Origin: Entomortierella parvispora E1425
Taxonomy: Eukaryota; Fungi; Mortierellomycota
DNA: 64,000 bases
Assembly: GCA_020891255.1 (NCBI GenBank)
Contig: BQFW01000007.1
Span: 1,984,001 to 2,048,000, forward strand
Direction: 5' to 3'
The notes under the pieces were generated by a model that made no database searches, was not told the origin of the DNA, and was given only the letters and a program-made list of their open reading frames with translations. The translations under genes and the position numbers were made by a program. This document shows, in pieces, positions 23,012 to 34,100 of this stretch. Position 1 is the first letter of the stretch; each line of letters starts with the position of its first letter.

Positions 23012-25309
23012 TCAAAGATCCCTGGCTGACCGCGCAGCTTCTTTGAAAGAAGTCCAGCCGATGATCCTAGAGTCTGTGCTGCTCTGGAGTAAATTTGAGT
23101 CCTTCCAGCCCATTGTATCTGAACGGCTCAAAGAGTCGCGAATTCGATCTAATCTCTCCATAGCAAGGTTGATACTCTCTGTCTTTGTGGACGCGACTTC
23201 GAAAATAGGAGCTGTCCACAGAGAAACCTTCTTATCCGGGTTGCTTGACGATAGCCTAGACTCCAGAGCACCCCCGGGCACCATTCTGGCGACAGGAACG
23301 TTCTCGTAGATCCTTAATCGATGAAGCCAGTGCTTGCCTGACTCGTTCCCCTCTACCTCCTTCTTCATATCATCCTTTACCGAAACAGTGAAGGTCACAT
23401 AAGCTTGCTCCCGGATCTGGAGAGTAAAGATACAAGTGTTGGCGGGCAGGATAGTGTTCTCGCCCAAATCTGTGTCAACAACCAGAGACCAAGCGTGAAC
23501 TTTGGCTTGGGCATGGACGACCGAGTTCTCAAGATAGACAGGCAATTCGATGACAGCACTATCATTCCCGGTGCCCGTCTTTTCATGCTGAAACGTATGT
23601 GCTCCAACCTGAGCGATTTGAGGGTGAAGGTGGTTCTGAATATGAAGTTCCGCCATGAAGGCTCGGTCGATGCAGACCCCCTCCAGGAACTCCAGCATAG
23701 TCCCCAGGTGATAAAACTTTGAGGCATTCAAGACCATGACGTCTAGCTTCACCTTTGCCTCTCGAAGCGCCTCCGATAAGATATGGCGTCCTTGCTGATG
23801 GGGATCTCCTATGAGCGAGGGTGAGATGGGGCTGTCCTGCTGAAAGCTCAGCACGTCTGCCCAAGCTTCTAAATCACAGTCCAAAGGAAGGGTCTTCCAT
23901 ATCTATTCAAGAGTAAAAAATCAGACTTTTTTCCTTCCTTGTGAGTTCTTTTCCATTCTTTTTGAGATACCTTACCTTGGCCATGACCTTGGCAGTTTGC
24001 GGATCAAAATAATAGCAGCTATCTGTATATACAATATCATCCTTATCCCCAGATATCCCATTGAAAATGACGCCAGGTATCCTTTTCATGCGATCTAGAA
24101 TTTTATGAAGACAACGGACATGTGAGTCAATACACCTCTTCACCTCTTTGGATACCAAAAAGTCAACCCGATCCTGCCTTCCAGCGTACCTAGAGAAGGC
24201 TTGTGTAGGAACTCGAGACACTGAGTCAAGATAGCAGATTGGTCTTTAGGTTGCAAGGCACGATCTGCTTGAACTAGATCGCTCGTATCCTGAAGCAGGT
24301 AAACTCCATGAGTGCTACCAATGGCCGTCGATGAGGGATGGGCTAAAGATGTGATCGTCAAGGGTTTGGGGTCGCTTGGGAAAGGAGCCTTTGAAGAGAG
24401 AAGCTCAATACCATCCGCACTTGTAAGGAAAACCTAGTTCGGAGAAAGAGTGTAATCAGGTTTGAATAAGGCTAGAAAAACAATGCGTTGCTCTTTCCCT
24501 TCAAAAAAAAGGGGGGGATGCCCTTACGCCTGGAGGCATGGACTTCAGCAAGTGAAGATAAAGCACCAGCTTCAGGTCCAAAACTTGTATTCCATCTGGG
24601 CTGTTGACTAAATAAAACGCGTTAGTTATGAACGAGAAGAGCTCTATATAACCAGGCAACAAATTGGTGGTACCTTGTGGAAGTATAGTAAAAACCTTTC
24701 CGCGTGCGCTGACATGTGGCAGGCGTGTGCTGTAGCCACCAGCATGGATTAGCAGAACTCTGGCTGCAGAGTGGATAGAGTGACAAGGATATTAGTTTGT
24801 GAAGTTTACGTGTTCGTTGCCCAGAGCAACCATGTCTTGTACCTGTTGATATGAAATCATCCGAGTACTGATCATTGAGAACGTTCATAACAAGGCAGGT
24901 GGAGCCTCCGCTGCCAATCTTGGATTTGGGCGGATCCTCGATGACATGATACCTGAAAAAGAATTTAAAAAAGCGTTAGCGTTCATCGACCCCAACTTTT
25001 GAGCATTTTTGCTTCTAGGAGAGTCTTGACATACTTTGCTTGCCGAGGGATCTGGCCTTTGCTCAACTTAAAGTCGATTTGGCGCTGGTAGCAGAGACGC
25101 TGCTGAAGGTCTCCAGCCGTGATGACTACAATGTCCCAGAAGCGGTCTGTGGCTGCACGGTTCTCCTCTAACGTTGAACGGTCAGAGGTGAGAATCCTCT
25201 GGAATGTTGCCATGTTTTGAGCATGCACATCCCTGAGCACATTGGAGAGTTCATCCAGGTGCATGCTGTCTGATGCTTGGCTGCTTTGCTGGTGTTGGTC
25301 GATGGGCAT
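23012..25309 (-). CDS. FPGT: Fucose-1-phosphate guanylyltransferase / GDP-fucose pyrophosphorylase (fucose salvage), multi-exon
   Basis: WDIVVITAGD..Q..Y..QI, YHVIEDPPKSKIGSGGST and HAGGYSTRLPHVSARGKVFT closely parallel the animal FPGT N-terminus. Later MVVLNASKFYHLGTMLEFL. Confidence 0.88.
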
Positions 25310-25499
25310 CCTGTGGATGAATGCCGTGTCTGTGTTGAGAAAGAAAGGACAAGAGACGCGCGAACGAGACGGAAAAGGCAGTCAATTCAGGGACATTTTT
25401 GGCTCTCTTTCCCCGCACGGCTCGGGACGTGCATATCGTCTGTTCAGTCCCCACATTCATCCTTTTGTTCTTTCTGTCTTTCCATTGATCGCATTCACA

Positions 25500-26690
25500 A
25501 TGTCCTCTCCATCTCAGGATCGGGTGCATGTTCAGCCCTACCACAGCGATCCGGCCAGGATTCAGGAACTTCGTCATCTGCTCTTGAATTCCATCGAAAA
25601 GTCAACGCCATGCGATGCCATCCTTCTTTCTGGAGGAGTCGATACGTCCATCCTCGCTGAAGCCGCATTCTCCGTCTACAACAACCGCAACAAGGATCAG
25701 GAGGATCCCCAGAACCCCGCAAAGCCACCTCTCACCGGAGCCATCACCGTCCTCTGCACAGACCAGGCTACCGATGAATTCTACGCCCATGAGATTTCCA
25801 AGAGGACGGGACTCGTGCAGGAGGTTGTCAAAATCTCGTTGGATTCCGTCCTGGAGGAACTCGAGTTTTGTATCAAGACCCTTGAGACCTTTGATCCCAT
25901 GGAACTTCGCAACGGAATCGTCATTGCCCGCGGACTGTCTATTGCCAAATCACTCGGTTACAAATCCGTGATGACAGGTGATGGCGCCGACGAACTGTTT
26001 GCCGGTTACTCATTCTTGCACAACATGTCGCCAGAGAGACTCCAAGCTTACTCGGACAAACTCACCAAGACTATGCGATTCTCGGGTGTGACTTTGGCCA
26101 AGGCCCTGGGTCTGGAGTTGCGTCAGCCATACCTGGATCCAGAGCTGATCCGGTTTTCTCAGCAGTGTACCAAGGACGAGAAGATCAACACACACGAGCA
26201 TACAAAGGAAAGAGAATGGCAGGATCGATTGAGCGGCAGTCAATTGCACGGAAAGTTCATTCTGAGAGAGGCATTCCAGGAGGAGGCGTTCTCGGCTTGG
26301 CGAAAGAAAGAGCCCATCGAGGTCGGATCTGGAACTACAGTGTTGCCGCAGTTGTTCCAAGAGTCCATGTCACCTGAGGATCTCAAAGCTGAGCAGGATC
26401 GGATCATGAAGGAGGAGGGAATCGAGATCAGGGATGTGGAGCACTTGCAATACTTTAAGGTCTTCAAAAAGGTCTTTGGCAGTGATTTGAGTACCTATCC
26501 CGAGAAGCTGGTTAAAGACGGTAGGGACCCTTGTCCCGGCTGTGGATTCAATTTGAGAACGCCCGACCAGACGTTCTGCGTGATCTGTGGAAAGTGGCCA
26601 GCGCGTATTCTTCCACCCCCGGAGGAGATTGCAAAGGCAGAGGCGGAAAAGAGCAAAGCCGCCGAAGTTAAAGCAACAACAGAGCAATAA
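25500..26690 (+). CDS. Intronless asparagine-synthase C-terminal (ATP-pyrophosphatase) domain protein lacking the glutaminase domain, with a C-terminal Zn ribbon
   Basis: ATG at 25500. PP-loop LLSGGVDTS, MTGDGADELFAGY, LRQPYLD, KFILREAF and WRKKEPIEVGSG, then CPGC...CVIC. Confidence 0.85.
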   Translation: MSSPSQDRVHVQPYHSDPARIQELRHLLLNSIEKSTPCDAILLSGGVDTSILAEAAFSVYNNRNKDQEDPQNPAKPPLTGAITVLCTDQATDEFYAHEISKRTGLVQEVVKISLDSVLEELEFCIKTLETFDPMELRNGIVIARGLSIAKSLGYKSVMTGDGADELFAGYSFLHNMSPERLQAYSDKLTKTMRFSGVTLAKALGLELRQPYLDPELIRFSQQCTKDEKINTHEHTKEREWQDRLSGSQLHGKFILREAFQEEAFSAWRKKEPIEVGSGTTVLPQLFQESMSPEDLKAEQDRIMKEEGIEIRDVEHLQYFKVFKKVFGSDLSTYPEKLVKDGRDPCPGCGFNLRTPDQTFCVICGKWPARILPPPEEIAKAEAEKSKAAEVKATTEQ

Positions 26691-27111
26691 AAAAACAGTT
26701 TTCACATTCAGCTCTGCATCAGGTGCCTGTCTATGGCATCCGTAGGCCCTTTTATTTTTTTATCTTGGATGTGGTCTACATGTTGACCGCTGGATCTTGT
26801 TGTTGTAAGGGAGCGGTCCTGAAGACCGAAACAACTGGAGCTTTTTCTAAATCAAAATAGTGATATGGTAGATGTCTTGGACCTCCTTCAGGAGATGATT
26901 ATTCTCTTCTCCGTGCCTGTCCGACTTTTATCCTTCTCTCTCTTCCGCCATCCTTCTAACTTTGTCTCTTCTTCTCTATTTAGAACTACCCTGTAGGTCT
27001 AGAGGCGAAAACTTTTAGATCAGTTTCTGCTTCAGTCGAACTTTTTGGATAGAATCAATCCTCACTCTTCACGAGGGGAAAACTCATTTCATTGATGTGA
27101 TATCTGCTAAA

Positions 27112-29627
27112 CTAATCTCTCCATGTGGCGCCGATGGCGGTTGCGATAAACGCAAACTTGTCAGAGGTTTCCGCTATACGTTTAGCAAGAGGCTTTCCTG
27201 CTCCATGTCCAGCCTTTGTTTCAACGCGCAGGATAAGAGGATTCTTGGTCCAAGGTCCTGCAGTGTACTGAAGCTCCGCAATGTGCTTGTACGAATGCAG
27301 GGGAACAACACGGTCATCGTGGTCGGACGTGAATAAAGCAACGGCTGGGTATGGCTTGTCTTTGTGCACGTTGTGGAGGGGAGAGTACTTCAGGAGGTTG
27401 TGGAATTCCTCAGCATTGTCATCGGGATAACCATACTCGGCTTGCCAAGAGTGACCAATGGTGAACTTGTGGAATCGCAACATGTCCAAACCAGCCACCT
27501 CAGCCACAGCAGCACCAAAGAGCTCGGGGGTCTGGTTGACACATGCAGCCACAAGAAGACCACCGTTCGACTGTCCATTGATGGCCAATTTGGAAGGTTG
27601 GGTGTACTTTTCGTTGATGAGATATTTGGCGGCGTACTGAAAGTCGTCAAAGACGTTTTGTTTGTTCAACACAGTTCCGGCATTGTGCCAGTCCCGACCG
27701 TATTCTCCACCGCCGCGAAGATTGGCCACGGCAACCACACCTCCAAAGTGCTGCATGAAGACAATATAAGAAATACTACAGCCGGCCTGGATCGAGCTGG
27801 AGAAACCACCGTAGCCATGCAGGAATGTTGGGTTGTTTCCATCAAAGACAAGATCCTTCCGATGGGTGACAAACATGGGAATCTTGGTGCCATCCTTACT
27901 CTGGTAGAAGATCTGTTTGGTCTCGAACATGGTATTGTCAAAGCCTTTGATTTTGACCTCACGGAAGATCGCGAGACGCTTCTCTTGCTCCTCCACACCA
28001 AAGTCGTAGTAGTAGATAGTGCCTGGAGTGAGGTAAGAGGTGAATGTGATGAAAAAGTCCTTGCTTTCCCGGTTTCCAATAACATTGCCGAGGGTACCAA
28101 CGGGAAGGGGGATCTGGTAGAGGAACTTTCCAGAGGTCAGGTCATGAACTGTGGCGACATCCTTGACATCGTGCATGGAAATGAGAACCAACTTGTTGCC
28201 ATCCACGACAGTGCTGCCAGCCACGACATCCTCAGACTGTGGAATGAGGTCGATGAATCCCTAGGAATAGACCAAAAAAAAGATGAGGCTATTATGTTGT
28301 AGTCTTTGAAAACAAAGGCTGTGCTTCTCTTTTTTTTTACCTCTTCAGGCTTGGCTAGATCGTATTTGACGATTCTGTAACGAGGAGCATCCTTATTTGT
28401 CCGGAAGTAGAATAGTGTACCGTCGTTGGTCAGGCTGAACAAAAGATACAATGGTAAAGTCAGAATGGTTATGATGCTCTAAGTATCTTCTAGTGCGGAG
28501 AGCGCTCATGAATGAAAAAAACACATCAATATCACATACTACACGTGTCTCGCGTCAAAGTTGTCCGCAAGTTTGATCCAGTCGTGTCCTTGGACGATGA
28601 CATTGTCATTGGCTTCGAGATCACCAACATAAAACATACTGGCAATACCTCCATTCATGATTTTCAAGAGAAGGTATTTCCCGTCGTCAGAAATCGCAGG
28701 AAGCATCTTGTGTCGAGGGTGCTCTGTATCCAAATGGACGAGAACGTCTTCAGACTGAGGTGTTCCAATCTTGTGGTAGAGCAATCGTTGGTTGATGTTG
28801 ACTCCAGTCTCGACTCCTGCCTTGACAGCATCGACATCTGGCCTTTCATAGCTCTATGTAAATGTTTGACCATTAATCACACAAAGAGACTCATCCAAAA
28901 AAATCAAACAATTGAGAAAGTGAAAAAAGTGAAAACAAGACTTACAGTGTAGTAGAACCCCTTGTCATCATGGGTAAAGGCAATCTGGGTAAACTTTGCC
29001 CATTCAATAACATCATCCAACTTATTCCCATTGCAGTCCTTGAGGTAGATCGTGCTCCAGTCAGACCCCGAGCTGGAAATGGCGTAGGCAAACAACTTTC
29101 CAGAGCGTGAGAAGCTGTAGGTTTTCAATGAAGCCGTTCCGTCTGTCTCCAGCGCGTTGGGATCCAAAAAGACGCGTGGCTCAGACTTGATGCTATCTTG
29201 TTGATAGAAGATGTTGTGGGGCTGCAAACCAGAGTTGTGAAAGTAGTAGTAGTAGTCACCATGCTTGCTGGGAGACCCAAAACGCTCAAAGTTGAAGAGC
29301 TCAGTCAAACTGTGGCACAAAAAAAAAGGAAATCAGCAAGATGTCCTCATTCGGTTTCTTCAATGAGATGGCATTAGAAATGCACCCTTACCGGTCCTTG
29401 AACTTTTGTCTGTCCTGGAACTTGCTCATAAGCTCGTCAGTGATCTTGTTCTGAGTCTCGATGAAGGCCTTGGTTTCCTGCGAGTCGAGATCCTCCATCC
29501 ACCTATACGGGTCTGTCACAGTGACGCCGTGCTGAGTGTAGGTGACATGGGAGCGGTGGGCAGAAGGATATAGAATCTTGCCGTCTAAGGACGCGATAAG
29601 AGAATCTCCAGTTTCAGCGCCGACCAT
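27112..29627 (-). CDS. PREP: Prolyl oligopeptidase (S9A), multi-exon
   Basis: DPYRWMED, RVFLDPN, GYGGF, NLRGGGEYG, catalytic GQSNGG (Ser), DHDDRV (Asp) and AGHGAG (His). Confidence 0.93.
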
Positions 29628-30826
29628 GGTAATAGGAGTAGAGTACTGCAGTTGAAGGAAGATGAAAGAGGGTTTTTTCAGCTTACTTATAAAGGCCAAG
29701 ATTTACTCTCTCTCGCCTGCTGACTGACGAATTGGACCTCAAGAACTTTGATTTAGCAACTCATTTAAGTCGAGAAGTCTTTTCCCTCGTGTTGTTTTTC
29801 AAAAAAGAAGAACATGACAGCCCTCTCATCTCGGATCGCCTTCCGATGTCCCTTGTTGGCAACAACGCTGCTGGGAAGATTCTCCCGCTTTGAGCTTACT
29901 GTCCCTGTGCTCCTCGCCCCAAGTTGCCAATTGGTCGATTGGGCGTTGAACCTTTCCACTTTGGGAAACAGGAGAGCAAGTGGATTCTTCAGGCACAAAG
30001 GGGCACAGCACATAGACACAGCAGGGTAAATCGATCTCTTGTATCCTTTTTTTTTTGTCATCTCGCAACAACTTTCTCCGTGGTTGATTCGTGTCCTTGC
30101 TCTTGTCCTCTCCCGCTGGGAGGGGTATGAGCAGGTACAGACTGTACCTTTGTACCACAATTGTATCCGGTATAATCAAACCGGCGCAACCATCTTCATG
30201 TCCAGTTCACTGAGCCATGGAAAAACAACCCAGAGCCGTACGCCAGGTTACTTGCATAGATCTAGGCATCATCTCAGAAAACGCGAGTCTCTAGAGTAAT
30301 CTCGCCATTTTATTGGCCACAACTCGTTCTTTTTGAGTCCTCCTCGAGCCATGCCCGAACATGAAGTCGCGCAAAATCCCTATAAAGCGAAATCATTCAC
30401 ATCAACCCTATCCCACTCTTGTGTTTCTGACTGTCTTACCTCATCACCATCTCCATCGCAGTCATCATAATTGAAGTCGTCCACCTCCATACTCTAGCTC
30501 GTCTTTTGCTTCGCCCACCTCCACCTTTATCATCCAGTCCGTCCACTCTTTCCCCCAGAAAGCACTTGACGCCTGCAATCTCGCCTATTCCTGAAATTTA
30601 GTCGAGGCAACACTGATGATGACCGACAGGTTGGTAGAGGAGCCACAAAAGACGGCGGCACAAATATCTCCATGGGCTTGTCATGGAGTTCGGTTGTATC
30701 TTTGGCCTGAATAGCGTAGGCGTTCATTGCTCAGTGTTGAAGTAAGATTGAACCCAAAGCATATCCCAAGTTTTCAGACTATCCACTCCACCGGATGGAG
30801 GCGCTTGCTCGAGATGTTCTTGACAT

Positions 30827-31134
30827 TGTTGATGGCCAGGTCGGTACGATACACCCTTAAGTAGAACCACTATATGTAGTTGCTCGCACGGCGTGGCCCT
30901 CTGCTCTTTATCCGTCTTATTCCACATTGATCGATACTGACAGAGGCCAGCACGGCGACACTTAGGTAGAGCAGCCCTCTCATTATTTATTATTATCAAT
31001 ACATGATCCGTCTTATTCCACATTGATCGATACTGACAGAGGCCAGCACGGCGACACTTAGTCTGATTCTCACTCGTCACCTAGGATTGCCATATCCCGC
31101 ACAGCGCCCCTCAAGCCTGCCCCCGTACGCAACA
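30827..31134 (+). repeat. 5' LTR of the outer element (contains a 56-bp internal direct repeat)
   Basis: Identical by eye to 41277-41584. The internal repeat lies at 30910-30965 and 31006-31061. Confidence 0.97.
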
Positions 31135-31140
31135 GTCTTT

Positions 31141-31158
31141 TGGTGATCTACGCAGGGG
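31141..31158 (+). promoter_or_regulatory. Primer-binding site of the outer element, complementary to the tRNA-Arg(ACG) 3' end
   Basis: TGGTGATCTACGCAGGGG is the reverse complement of CCCCTGCGTAGATCA+CCA from the tRNA at 48519-48590. Confidence 0.95.
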
Positions 31159-31170
31159 AGGGAAGTGACG

Positions 31171-34100
31171 ATGGTGAAAACAGATTTGTTAAAGGCGTTG
31201 ACCGATGAGATCCCGAGGTGGCCCATAGCCAACAAGAAGGGAACCGAAGCTTCCGCTCGAGCATGGATCCGCGAGCTAGGAGACTTTTGGGCCGACGAAG
31301 GATTTTCGTTCCAGCTGTATGTGGTTCGGAGTAAGTTAGACGACCCCACGAAGAGTTGGTTGGCATGGTGGAGACACGCTGTCCCCGAGAATGAACAGAA
31401 CTGGACCAAGTTAGTAAAGGATTTCGCGCAAGAACATGTCCAAGAACGTACCACAGCCACGACCAAAGCAGAGATTATGAGAATGACCCAAGGAGACAAG
31501 GAGCCTTCGGACGACTACGTTAAACGGTTGGAGCTGAAGCTAGCAATGCTGCCGAAGGAAGAGGATGGGAAATACAAACTGAGTCCAGATGAGGAGGAGA
31601 TGATCGCCCTTCAGTTTTGTACCGGTCTCCATCGCGACCACAAGTTCAAGACGAGGAACACAGAGCCATCCAAGACTATTGCCGAAACGATCAAGAACGT
31701 ATCCAAGCTGGGAGAGATCAACCGCTGGGAGGACGTTCCCGACAGGCAGCGTGAGCTGAGAGATAGGAACCGGTCGGAAGAGACTCCAAGCCAAGGAGAC
31801 AATATTTTGCTGGGTACCACGTCGGTATCGCGACCGCAGTTCGCTCGCTTCAAGAACGATTTCGGGAAAGAAGTCATCAACAATGCATCAGATATTGACG
31901 ACTTGGTCAAGTTGTTTGGGGCCTGGACGATCACCGACTTCACCGAAACCAAGCCAGAGAACCGAGTTACTGAAGCGATCAAGCGGCTCGATGTCAACGT
32001 TGCCCGAAGAGTACTTCACAACACTTCGTTATCGAGGCATGTGTCGTTGGCGAACATCCCACCGCCGCCCGCGCCTCCCATACAAGGAAATCCGAACAGT
32101 GGAGCGGCTGTTGTCCCGGGGGGGTCTTATCCACCTTGCCCCGAATGCAACCAGATGGGACATGGGCGAGCCCGTTGCCCGCGAGCGGAATGTCGCAATT
32201 GTGGCCAGCTGGGTCACATTTCGTACAATTGTCCAAATAACAGAGTGAACACAACGGTAGCACAAACTGAGCCGAATTCGAGAGCAGAGCAAGATTCGTC
32301 GAGGCGAGTTCGAGTTGTTAATGGAGACGGAGCCACTAGTGCTCTTGTGGCCACGAGAGCAATGGGTCGAACAGCGCCAGCCTCAGGGCCACTGCAGAGA
32401 AATAGAGCAGATCGTAGCAGTGTGCCAACAGGGATAGGATCTCAGAGGAGAGCCGAGACCACAGGGATAGCACCACCAATTCGAAGGATGGATGTTGAAC
32501 CGGAGGCCGAACAAGAACAAACTCAGGAGGTACCCCAGCCACTGAGGAAGTTAAAGGTCAAGGAGATTGCCGCAATGAAGTTGAGGAAGGTTCGCATTCC
32601 TGTTGTGCCAGACCCCGAAATCATACGACAAGTCGAAGAGTTAGAATTCGACCCTGAGATCGTGGACAAGCACCGAGGAAGGATGGCCCCACAATTAAAG
32701 GCCGCCATAGGAGCGATTTGGACAGAGCGACGAGACAAACGCAAGGCTCCCAAGGAAAAGCGAGGAGTAACGTTCGCGAATCGCGCCAGTGTTCAACCGG
32801 GAGACCAGGTTACTGCATGGATAGGCAACCACCGGTTGGACAACTGCATCGTCGACCCAGGCAACGAGAAGACCATGATTTCAGAGCATGCTGCCAAGCA
32901 AGTCGGTCTGGAAGTGCGTGCCACCGTAAACCAGATCAGACAGGCCGACGGGGTACCCATCCCCTTGGTGGGCACTACTGGACAATTTACGTTCTCGGTA
33001 GCTGGCACCGAGGTAGAGATGGGTAGAGGAATGAACGTCATTGACTGCCAGCGATCGTACGATATGTTGCTTGGTGACGATTGGTTGAAAGCTGTCCGGG
33101 CGAAAGGGAAGTGGACCAGCAACGCTGTGGCCTACTACGTCACTCGGAATGGCAAGAAGGTCAAGCTAGGAATCGATCCCACTTTCGAGAGTAGCGATGA
33201 CTCTATCACTGATGACTCCAGTAGCGAGGACGACGACAATATTTTTCCGGTCTTTGACGAAGACGACGAGGTCGAGCAGGCCCGCTCGTTTCGAGTCCAG
33301 GAAGTCCAAGTCGAGGGCAATGGAGAGATAGACGTCGTGAGGGACAATAAAGCCGCAACCGTTTCTCAGTACACCATTGGAGGGCACCCAATCGATATCA
33401 ACCCGGAGTTATCCCCTGAACAGCACAGTGAGGTTGTCGCACTATTAGAGCGCAACAAAGACCGATTCACGATGGATTTGAGCGAGTTGGAGGTCACCGA
33501 CGTGCTCGAGCATGAGATTAATGTCAAGCCAGGAGCAAAACCAGTATATGTAGCCGGGTGCAGACGGTACGCGCCAAAAGAAAAAGAATACCTGAAGAAG
33601 AATCTCGACGAGGAACTGAAGGCTGGCAAGATCATTCCTATGGAGTCGGAGTGGTGTGCACCCTTGTCCTTCGCACCAAAGAAAGACGGCAACATTCGGA
33701 AGTGCGTCGCGTATATCGGATTGAACAAAGTGACAGAGCGAGAAAGCTGGCCACTACCCAATATCGAGGAGATCTTGGACGAGTTAGCCGGATTCAACTA
33801 CTACACAGGGTTGGATGGATTTCAAGGGTACTACGTCATCGGCATCAAAAAGGACCACGTCAAGTACCTAGGATTCAGGACACCGTTTGGGACGTACGCC
33901 TACAAAGTGCTTCCGTTCGGGTTGAAGAACGCTCCGCACACGTTCAGCAGATTCGTAGCCAAAGTGTATGCGGACTTAATTGGCCGGGTCATGAATGCTT
34001 ATATGGATGACGTGTGTGCGCGGACCAAAACGTGGGCCGAGCACCTCGACGCTTTGGAGTCTGTGTTTGCAGCTGCTCGTAAGGCTGGAGTCAAGTATAA

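Noticed and set aside
17455-25500. Upstream ORF-track extensions of the methyltransferase (from 18813) and the Asn-synthase-like gene (from 25242), and the many antisense/shadow ORFs such as 27364-28302
   Set aside because: These start at non-ATG codons or run through pyrimidine-rich UTR/promoter sequence, or lie antisense to well-supported genes, and contain no domain motifs.
27112-29627. Prolyl oligopeptidase as a POPB-type RiPP macrocyclase
   Set aside because: No MSDIN-like precursor or cluster genes are nearby, and the sequence is compatible with a housekeeping POP.
30610-30660. CTGATGA as a hammerhead ribozyme core next to the LTR element
   Set aside because: There is no stem II followed by GAAA and no cleavage-site helix.
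30300-30826. Possible minus-strand host gene disrupted by the outer retrotransposon (splice-like signals, MEVDDFNYDD stretch)
   Set aside because: No consistent reading frame could be built across the reconstructed empty site, and no recognisable domain was found.
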